Shown piece after piece: positions 11,157 through 22,800 of a stretch of DNA of 29,506 nucleotides. Source of the DNA: Tubiluchus corallicola (taxonomy: Eukaryota > Animalia > Priapulida). Both the position numbers and the translations under genes were made by a program. The DNA lies in the NCBI GenBank assembly GCA_030141605.1, contig JAQGDQ010001685.1:1-29506 (forward strand), given 5' to 3'. The notes below the pieces were generated by a model that was given only the letters and a program-made list of their open reading frames with translations, did no database searches and was not told the DNA's origin. Each line of letters begins with the position of its first letter. Position 1 is the stretch's first letter.

Positions 11157-13768
11157 TATATACCAGCAGAATTAATAAAGACGATGAAACATTCCAGGCT
11201 GAGTATAGAACTCAGCCAGTGTTCTGATTATGTTCACTCAGCAATCGAAAATATACTGAAGGGGCAGTAAATTAGTAAGTGTCAAAACATTCAGGTATTT
11301 TTAAACAACAAAGACTGTTCACACAATAAAAACTGCGCCCTCATATGTGTGTGTTCACACGTAAATACAGCCCGCTACAAGCCCTTCACACGATGAGGTT
11401 TTAGCAAAAGTTGCAGACAAGCTTGAAAATTGACTTGAACCTGCACTGCATGCTTTTATATCAAGCAGATCATAGAAATTTATCGACTGTTGCCATCCTG
11501 AAATCAAAACGTGACAAAAGCAGGGATGAGAAAGACAAATTCCAAAAATGGCCGGGGGGTTGGGGGCTGTGTAGGCCCCCATGAGGGGTTCAAGGGGGCA
11601 AAGCAACAAATTGCAATTTTGTGACCATAGAGAACCTCTAAGTGGACTTAAAATATCAATTACCTTGTTTCATGCATAATTTAAAGTATTTAACTATCAA
11701 GGATACATGATACCTAATTGTCTCAAAAACACCTAAGTACTGGCCACTCCTATGCAAAAGTATATAAAAACTGTCTTCAATTGACTCAAATAACTCCGCA
11801 CAATTGATTCTATATTTTTATACATAGAGATCTACACGTGGTTACACTGATGTACGTGATGTAAACAAAGTGACGGCCTGCCAACTAGCGGTCAGTTTGT
11901 GAAATAATGTACTGGGTCCGTAAAAAATTTCTCAACGAATTTACGCAATTTACAAAAATGGCATTACTGGTCTTCCAAAAACTCCAAATTCCGCGTATTC
12001 GCGAAAAATTCTCATCCCTGCAAAAGCCTATGCTTGATCCATTCACGGTAAGCACATGACAACTGACAACAAACTGTGTGAGCGACAGTACTTTCTCTAC
12101 CTGGGCGCAGACATGTGCGCATGGCCGCATGCACGCAACAGCCAAACACCACATTGCTGGAGTGCACTGTACAGGGCTGTGAAGCGAACAGTACTACCCT
12201 CACGTGCTCTGGTTCCGTACAAGTATAAAGAAAGAACTAAAGATGAAAAGTAATATCGAGTGAAAATAGGGATGTGTTGTAGTTCCACGTAACCCATACG
12301 TGAGTCCACCAGTGATAAGAATATTAAAAAATTTTTGCTAAAAACAAACGAGTAAAGTCAAACATTAGGCAAGAAAACTTTGATCAACTTTGTGCATCAA
12401 AATGGCTTCTAGTGTATAAGCTTCGGATAAACTTCACAAGAATGCGTCTTCAGTCACATAGGCTGCGGATAGAAACGGGTAGGTGGGCGAGACAGCCAAG
12501 GGAAAATAGGTTATGTCCTTGTGGGGACATTCAAACTAAGAAACACGTTATACAGACACGCCCCCTAACGTCAAATATTAGAAACCGCTACGACAATGTA
12601 AACTTTGCTGATTTAACTCACTTCTTTGAGCACACTAATTGTTATATAATATGTTATGAAATTTTGCAACTTTTATGCTGATGTACCTTGTATGCATAAC
12701 AATGTTTTTAATGCTATAACCTTGAATAGGAAATGTACGTAAAGTGACATTTGGACTAAAATCACTAATGTATCGATTGTGGCATTTACCTCGTTCCTCG
12801 TGTGTACATGTAACTTGTTTTAGTCAATAAACTACATACATACATACATACATACATACATACATACATACATACATACATACATACATACATACATACA
12901 TACATACATACATACATACATACATACATACATACATACATACATACATACATACATACATAAGCAGCAAGCTCAAAGAATACAGTGTGTAAGTACCTAT
13001 CATGAAATCTCACTAAATGTGATAAAATTCGGTCATTATAGTTTAAAACATTTAAACAAAGAGCAATACGACCACATTTTTTTAGTTGTAAAATAGTTTT
13101 CAAAATAAAAAGCTGAGTTAGTCTTGCCGCGGGAGGACAGCACGGCAAAAACTTCGACATTTTGATAAAATCAGAATGAAGAAATCAACATTCCGTCGTA
13201 TCAACAGATTTAATAGATTCACTAGATTTATTTTCGCAATAAACGTATACATATACATTACATGTGCATCGATAAACAGTTTTTGTTAATACAAAAATAT
13301 GATACAATTCGTGAATTTTGCGCTAGAGACCTAAGAAGCTAGCTTATGCTAGGCTACTAGAATTAGCTACGAAAAAAATTACAATATATACAGATACAAT
13401 ATTACAATATATGCAAATATGAATGCGGGTAGGAAGTAATAAAAATATTATTATACTAGAGGGGAAGTTTTTGAAAATGAAAAACAACAAATCATGATTG
13501 AGTGATTCAATAATAAGTACCTGAGCTCTGTATCGGAATCCCTCAATCTCTTCCATACGGAATTGATACGGCAGAAACATGCTTTGGCCTTCACCTGAAA
13601 ATTTATTATACGAGTGAAAAACATTAATAGAAATAATGTTAATTAATAGTAAAAGCATATAATACAGGTAGTCGTTAACTTACGACCGCAAACGGTTCAG
13701 GTGAATTGATTGTAAGTTGGACATGTTATGGTCCAGTGGTGCATGCCTTCAGGTTAGACATTGTGAGT

Positions 13769-13809
<41 letters not shown>

Positions 13810-16800
13810 TGAGTGTGCGTGTGTGTGAGTGTGTGTGTGTGTGTGTGTGCATGCGTGTGTTTGTTCGTGCATGCGTGCGTGTGTGTGTGTGCATGTGCGT
13901 GCATGTGTGTGTGTGTGTGTGTGCATGTGTGTGTGAGCGTGTGCATGTGTGTGTGTGTGTGTGTGTGCGTGTGTGTACGTGTATGTGCACTAACTATGGT
14001 AGCGCTTCCGGGTAAATTCGAAACAGATAGCGATTTCAAATTAAAGGAAAACCGGATGATTGTGTAAACACGAGTTCAGAATAAAGAATGCTCTAAAATA
14101 TTTAAAACTACAACAGCTTTTTTAAATCAAAGCTTAGATTAAATAATAATTACCTCGGATTCTCAAATTTTGTTAAACTTTCAAAGTTACGCATGACTCA
14201 GTGAATCTACTAAGATTGGCAGCGGCGCCTTTTTGTCAGATTCGCGTGGCCGACAAATAGAAGGCGGTACCGTGATAAGCATGATCATGAACTGCAGTGT
14301 TAGTTTCTGACGTCATATGATGTAGAGTTTATGTTTTTAAGCAGAATCATGCATTTAAGCAGTACCGTAACGCTCATGCAAATGTGCTTGATGCGCAAGG
14401 GAAGACGCCTGCCATTGCACAAACTGTGGTTAGTTTCTGACGTAACCAATAGGTGTGTTCGGTTGCCGTGAATTAACTTTCTAAGCTAATTATTCAAATA
14501 AAAGAAACAATTGTTAACTTTTTAGGCAAGAAAAAATATATTTCGGACAGTAAATGAGATTGAGTTTAAACAATCGTCTGATCTTCCTTTAATTTTAATT
14601 TAATTTAAAAAAAGAAAAAAAACCTGAATTATTAATAGTTTTGGATAAAAAATTAATGAAGTTGTGGTCGGGTTGTAAGATTCGAACTGTGTACGCGACG
14701 ATTACTTGTACAAGACGACTAACTGTATGCAAGCAAGAATGGTTAATAATTGTTCTTACACTAGGATTTGAACTCAGGTCCCCCGAACCCTGCACGGTCA
14801 TACTAACTATTTCAGAAATTTCAGTTACGTTACGTATGACATCTTTGCAAAAAATCTTATGCACAAATAACTGGCAAACCTGCAACTTGGCTCAGAACAC
14901 TTTCCACTTCCTCCAACAATGGCTGCTCGACAATGCTGACAAACGACAATGCTGTCCCCTGATTGGTCCCTCGGGCTGTTCTACAATGTAGTAACACAGT
15001 TCGTTATCATTGCTAGCCTACAGATGCAAAATATTGAATTGAAAAAGAGTTAACTGTTGCTATTTGCGTTATTGTTTACTGTTTACTGATGTTTACATTT
15101 GCCAGGGAGTTTAATCAAATTTGCAAAACTGCGTAGAGTGATGCGTATGATACAAAGACTGCGTAGAGTGATGCGTATGATACAAAGACTGCGTAGAGTG
15201 ATGCGTATGAAACACGAAAAGATTCACATCCAGTATCTGGAAGCAAGAAATAAAATATGCATATTTTCAACAAGTGATGAAACTTTGGCAGCTGATGCTG
15301 GAAAATAGCGGCAATTCCTATTTTTTGACCGTTTGGCCTCCAGTGTCTGTTCCTCACCGAACTTGTGGACGACTGCCCCCCCCCCCCCCCCCCCCGTGCT
15401 CATGCTGTTTACACTAGTAAATTATTAAGCAATTATTGTTGGCATCATTCTGTCTCGGAAGACAATGGAATGTGCGCCAAGAGAGTCAGTTATTGATCAC
15501 ATTGATGGAGCTGTAAAAATTTTCTCAGCGAGTTTATGCGATTTACAACTGCATTTACTTGCAAAAACTCGGAATTCCGCGTATCCACGGAAAATTTTCA
15601 TCCCTGGGCTCTGCCTATATAAACTGATTGTATATTTGTAAATTTACCACAGATGATGACAACAGCAGCTTGTTAAAAGTTTAGTTTAGTTTAGTTTTTA
15701 GTTTATTATTATCACATTCAGTACAATATAGTGACATTAAGCACACAGTGACATCAAAATTATTACGTCATATTGTATTAAAAAAACGTTCTAGCGGCGC
15801 CTGGTGGGACTCTCAATAGGAGATATATAGCTCTTTAGAAAGAGGAAGAACAGGGCTACACGATGATGTGGACTGCATTTTAGGACGCTTTCTTCGTGAG
15901 GAGCTGTGATGAGTTGATTGGTGGTTCCATTTCGCACGATTTTCGTTTGGAAAACTGCTGACGCAAAGCCATTGTTCTAACATCATCCATTAGGCTCTGC
16001 CTTATAACTTTAATTCAGTAAAAGCTGCTACTGGCTTTGCGTTATAAATGAGGACTATGTAGGGTGTTTGCGTATTTTTGATTATACGTGTATTTATACG
16101 CAAAAGTTTTTGCGGGGCCTTTGCTAGTTAAATTATTATGTTTCATACATTATCGTTATCATAAAGGAATAATTGTACAGCAGTGAACAGTTTAATAAAG
16201 TTGTGTTATTGTTACCTACAAGTGCCGGTAATAGTAAAATGATTTTAGCAGCCAATCCGAATTGTGAAAAACTATTAGGCCCAAAGTTTCTTCAGAAACA
16301 AAAGTATATTAACACATCTCGGAGAATTTGACCAAAAAAAATGTTTACGGTGTCTAAAGACTCAAGAAAAATCTAAAATGAACTAATGTTTGTAAACTAG
16401 CTTTCTAAACTACAGGTAGAGTTCACCTGCCCGACAAAGATGTGCACATAACAACAACATACCTGCCAACACGATGTATGTACGCATCAGCAGAGATGTG
16501 CACATAACAACAACATACCTGCCAACACGATGTATGTACGCATCAGCAGAGATGCGCACATAACAACAACATACCTGCCAACACGATGTATGTAAACTAG
16601 CTTTCTAAACTACAGGTAGAGTTCACCTGCCCGGCAAAGATGCACACATAACAACAACATACCTGCCAACACGATGTATGTAGGCTAAACTATAGGTAGA
16701 GTTCACCTACTCGGCAAAGATGTGCACATTACAACAACATACCTGCCAACACGATGTATGTACGCATCAGCAGAGATGTACACATTACAACAACATACCT

Positions 16801-19800
16801 GCCAACACGATGTATGTTCGCATCAGCAGAGATGTGCACATAACAAAAACATACCTGCCAACACGCTGTATGTATACAGGTAGAGTTCACCTGCCCTGCA
16901 AAGATGCGCACATAACAACAACATACCTGCCAACACGATGTATGTAGACTAAACTACAGGTAGACTTCACCTGCCCGGCAAAGATGTACACATAACAACA
17001 ACATACCTGCCAACACGATGTATGTACACATCAGTTCACCTGCCCGACAAAGATGTGCACATAATAACAACATACCTGCCAACACGATGTATGTACGCAT
17101 CAGCAGAGATGTGCACATAACAACAACATACCTGCCAACACGATGTATGTACGCATCAGCTGTTTTGGGAAAGTCAAAGTTGACCACATTTGATACAAAT
17201 TGAAAGTCTATCCCTCGTGAAATACCGAACTCTTTGTCCTGCTTCCGCCTAAAATAAGGAAGCATCATAATCGCGGCGCAAGCTAGTCAGGTAACAGTAT
17301 GAACATATATAAGTGATACCTGCCTCATGACAGGACAGTCAAATACAATAGTTATTTATAGTAGCTGCGACAATTGGCAACATTAACCAAGGGGATGAAT
17401 TTAAGGGCCAAGTCCGTAGCTAAAAAAAATTCAAAAAAATCAATACGTCATTCCAGGCTACAAATGAGCAGCATAGGAATCTCAAAACTTTTAACTTTTA
17501 TTAACATAATTTTCTAAATACAGTCAACCTCAGATATAAGGGACACCTCCGGACTGGAAAAATTGTCCCTTATATCCGATGTCCCCTTATAGCTGAAGTT
17601 GAGTCAGATTGAGGCTGTATCTAGACCTGTACTTTTCTGTACTTTTACCCATATTTTTATGGATTATTGCTACACATTCAGTGCAAACAGTAAGTAGGAT
17701 TTCCTTCAGTGATGCGAGATGTATGTGACAGCGGAAATCGAGCTGTTCGAAGGCCGAGTTTGCGAAAAATTGAGGTTAAAAATCGATCAATTATGCTTTG
17801 ATCCTAGGGTCCCTTATATGCGAGGTAATTTACTTGAGTTTTTATTATGCGGGACCTGAAGACATTGTCCTTTATAACCGAAAGTCCCTTATATCCGAGT
17901 ACATTGTATACGAAGATTTTTACATAGGAAAAACCTTACGAAAAATCGGAACCGGTGTTGACGGTCCCTTATAAACGAGTACCTTATACCCGAGGTTGAC
18001 TGTATCACTAAGCAAAGTTCTTTCAAATTTCATAAAATGTGTAAAATAAAGCTACATACTTGTTAGTTTTTCCCCGGTTACTGACCCCATCTGATTTAGT
18101 TGTCGCTGGATTGCTTAGCGATTGATCATCTGCTGCTATGATTATGTCGTAAAGACCATCGTTGAACTGCTGTACTATGTGCACGCGAGCGTTCGCTGGA
18201 AGTTCAGAGTTTAACGTGCAAGAACGAATACCAAACTGTTCCAGAAATAACTTTAGCCTGTCAAACGGACAAAAGCAACTTAACGTTATAGAAATATTGT
18301 ACTTTTTATGATTACATAGTAAAACTCGTGCTATTATAGCTACTGCATAAGAATACTGCACATTGTAAGAACATGAAATATATTCACTGCAGTTTTGTAT
18401 CAAGTCTTGTTGTGATAATAAAGTAATAAATACCTGTAGCACCTGTCAACTGTATTTACAAATATAAATGTTTTGTCTTGTATCAAGCCTTGTTATGATA
18501 ATAAGGTAATAAATACCTGTAGCACCTGTCAACTGTATTTACAAATATAATTGTTTTGTCTTGTATCAAGTCTTGTTGTGATAATAAGGTAATAAATACC
18601 TGTAGCACCTGTCAACTGTATTTACAAATATAAATGTTTTGTCTTGTATCAAGCCTTGTTATGATAATAAGGTAATAAATACCTGTAGCACCTGTCAACT
18701 GTATTTACAAATATAAATGTTTTGTCTTGTATCAAGCCTTGTTATGATAATAAGGTAATAAATACCTGTAGCACCTGTCAACTGTATTTACAAATATAAT
18801 TGTTTTGTGTTGTATCAAGTCTTGTTGCAATAATAAGGTAATAAATACCTGTAGCACCTGTCAACTGTATTTACAAATATAAATGTTTTGTCTTGTATCA
18901 AGTCTTGTTATGATAATAAAGTAGTAAATACCTGTAGCACCTGTCAACTGTATTTACAAATATAATTGTTTTGTCTTGTATCAAGTCTTGTTGTGATAAT
19001 AAAGTAGTAAATACCTGTAGCACCTGTCAACTGTATTTACAAATATAATTGTTTTGTCTTGTATCAAGTCTTGTTGTGATAATAAAGTAATAAATACCTG
19101 TAGCACCTGTCAACTGTATTTACAAATATAAATGTTTTGTCTTGTATCAAGCCTTGTTATGATAATAAAGTAGTAAATACCTGTAGCACCTGTCAACTGT
19201 ATTTACAAATATAATTGTTTGTCTTGTATCAAGCCTTGTTGTGATAATAAAGTAATAAATACCTGTAGCACCTGTCAACTGTATTTACAAATATAAATGT
19301 TTTGTCTTGTATCAAGTCTTGTTATGATAATAAGGTAATAAATACCTGTAGCACCTGTCAACTGTATTTACAAATATAAATGTTTTGTCTTGTATCAAGT
19401 CTTGTTATGATAATAAAGTAGTAAATACCTGTAGCACCTGTCAACTGTATTTACAAATATAATTGTTTTGTCTTGTATCAAGTCTTGTTGTGATAATAAA
19501 GTAGTAAATACCTGTAGCACCTGTCAACTGTATTTACAAATATAATTGTTTTGTCTTGTATCAAGTCTTGTTGTGATAATAAAGTAATAAATACCTGTAG
19601 CACCTGTCAACTGTATTTACAAATATAATTGTTTTGTCTTGTATCAAGTCTTGTTGTGATAATAAGGTAATAAATACCTGTAGCACCTGTCAACTGTATT
19701 TACAAATATAAATGTTTTGTCTTGTATCAAGTCTTGTTATGATAATAAAGTAGTAAATACCTGTAGCACCTGTCAACTGTATTTACAAATATAATTGTTT

Positions 19801-22800
19801 TGTCTTGTATCAAGTCTTGTTGTGATAATAAAGTAGTAAATACCTGTAGCACCTGTCAACTGTATTTACAAATATAATTGTTTTGTCTTGTATCAAGTCT
19901 TGTTGTGATAATAAAGTAATAAATACCTGTAGCACCTGTCAACTGTATTTACAAATATAAATGTTTTGTCTTGTATCAAGCCTTGTTATGATAATAAAGT
20001 AGTAAATACCTGTAGCACCTGTCAACTGTATTTACAAATATAATTGTTTGTCTTGTATCAAGCCTTGTTGTGATAATAAAGTAATAAATACCTGTAGCAC
20101 CTGTCAACTGTATTTACAAATATAAATGTTTTGTCTTGTATCAAGTCTTGTTATGATAATAAGGTAATAAATACCTGTAGCACCTGTCAACTGTATTTAC
20201 AAATATAAATGTTTTGTCTTGTATCAAGTCTTGTTATGATAATAAAGTAGTAAATACCTGTAGCACCTGTCAACTGTATTTACAAATATAAATGTTTTGT
20301 CTTGTATCAAGTCTTGTTATGATAATAAGGTAATAAATACCTGTAGCACCTGTCAACTGTATTTACAAATATAATTGTTTTGTCTTGTATCAAGCGCAGC
20401 TTCAGCAACGTGTAGATAAGAACAAATTTGTCTTCCTCTTCGCACCTAGGCAAACAAAACTCTTCTTATGTAAAATCTAAAACTGATTTAAATACAATAT
20501 CGCTTCAATGCGTATCATGCAGCAAAACGCAGACGGGAAACCGCCGTTGCCTAGGTGATTACAGACAGTTTTCAAGTTTCCGGTGACCCATTTTCCTTGT
20601 TTAGCTTTCTGAAAATTCTAGTTAGGTGAGTTTTGGTCACTTTAGGACCTATCAACGATAACATTTTTTCTATCTGAGTTTTTGGGAGGTGGAAAAAGGA
20701 TGTAGTTATGTATTGTGCATCTAACTGCAGTTTTATCACTAAATGATGATATGTGCCATATTGTTCTCTACCCTGCGAAATGTTGTCCACCCTAAACCTG
20801 TGCTTTCTTTTCCGTCTAATAGCACAATAATAAGCTAATGACTCAGCTGTAATTTTCACGCTTAAATTTTGACAAGAGACATGCTTTCCAAAAATTACTG
20901 TTTGCAATTTTCAATAACTCAACGGTTGACACAATAAGAAGCAAATTTTGAAAAATATGATTAGCTACCCATTTAAATGATTTGTGTTGCCAGACATTAA
21001 AGAAGCCAAGTTTGTAAAAATGCCCTGACTGTGAAATTTCAAATACAGTCAACCTCGGATATAGGGGACACCTCCGGACCGGAAAAAATCGTCCCTTATA
21101 TCTGAAGTTGAGTCAGACCGAGGGTGTATCTAGACATGTACTTTTCTGTACTTTTGCCCATTTTTGCATGGGTTATTGCTGCACATTCAGTGCAAACGGT
21201 ATGTAGGAAGCTCCTTCAGTGATGCAAGATGTATGTGACCGCGGAAACCGAGCTGTTTGAAGGCCGAGTTTGCGAAAATTTGAGGCTAAAAGTCGATCAA
21301 TTTCGCTTTGATCATAGGGTCCCTTATTTGTGAGTTAATTTACCTGGATTTCTATTACGCGGGACCTGAAGATATCATCCCTTATAACCGAAAAACCCTT
21401 ATATCCGAGTACCTGATTTTGCCTATTAATGAGGATTTTTGCCTATTAATTGTTCTACTGTGTGCCGTTCGTTTAATTTATTAATGTAATTAACCGAAAT
21501 ATCAAGTGTTTATTTTATTTTCATCTAATATTACAGATCATTACGGATTATTGCTACACATTCAGTGCAAAAGGCACGTAGCAAGCTCCTTCAGTGATGC
21601 GAGATGTGTACAGACAAAACTTGAACACTATAATTTACTGCTACACGTTGAATACTTACTTTATTCGGTACTGAGTCAGCTGATTCACGTCCGGTAACTG
21701 AGACTCCTCAAGCTTCAAAATGGCAGGATTATGAAGAATCAGTTTCTTCATTGATATGACATCATCGCTCAACGTAGCCGACATAAGAAACCCTTGAAAA
21801 ATCTTGGGCAAGTGTCTAAAAAGGAACATACTTTTTTCTATTTCTTGGAATACGTAATAAATAAGTAATAATAAATAAGATTCTGCAATAAATTAGTCAT
21901 GTAATAATTTTGAAATGAAGATAAATAATTACAAGTCATTATTTATTTTCAAAGTATTTAGATCATAATTTTGACCACAAAGTTCCCAAAGCCCAACTCC
22001 GGTAAAATGTGCAACATAACATTTCAAACTAAGAATTTTTGATAAAAGTATACCGTATATACTCGCATATAAGCCTACATCGCATATAAGCCGACCCCCT
22101 AAAACTGCTTTAAAATGGCCAGTTTTTGCAAAAACCCGTATATAAGCCGACCATCAACTTGTCTAATTTTACTCCATACCCAATCAACAAAATTGATCCC
22201 TTTTTGTCACATATATTTATACATTTTTAATATTTTTTATCTAATGAATACAAAAAGCAGACATTTATTGAAATGTGAATTTTTTCTAAAAAAAGTGGGT
22301 GGACGGCGATCCCCCTCCAATACACCACTGGTGACACACAACCAAATAAAGAGTCAGATAGCGATGAAAATGTGTGGCTGGAAAATTGGCATTAGTGTCT
22401 GTCCTTGTGTTCATTTTGTTTCATGCGCATATAAGTCGACCCCCTGATCTCAGTATTGTATTTTATAGTTCTAAATTCGGCTTATATGCGAGTATATACG
22501 GTAGTGATTTTTTTTCAATTTCAGTTGCATCCTGAGCCGTTTCTTTGCAAAAATTAATGTACAAACAAAATAACTTATAACAGATCTTCCGGTTACGGTA
22601 ATGGATTTGCTAAAGGTTATGGCTCATGCATGTCTGTTTGGGTTTTTGTTTCTTAATCTGCTAAAGGAGATGATTAAGAATCATGTTGTACGACTACCAG
22701 ATGACAGTCCATTAACCCTTTCATACCCGTTGTATCCCGTGGGATACGAGAATATTTTCTGCCTCTAACATTAATAAAATTTTAAAACGGACAGTTAATT

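Noticed and set aside
8464-14067. Low-complexity ORFs (poly-Ile, CYVML, HYTTL, CMYV, HT/CV)
   Set aside because: They are translations of microsatellites.
16390-17160. CRISPR-like repeat with variable spacers
   Set aside because: The variable parts are nested lengths of the same intron sequence, not unique spacers.
18395-20340. Array read as 23 mutually exclusive exons or as GT-AG mini-introns
   Set aside because: The GT..AG stretch is only 28 nt, and the remaining 55 nt is out of frame and lacks the first half of the exon.
18395-20394. CRISPR-like array
   Set aside because: The units are near-identical along their whole length, have no unique spacers, derive from the DDX56 exon, and have no cas genes nearby. 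The context is eukaryotic.
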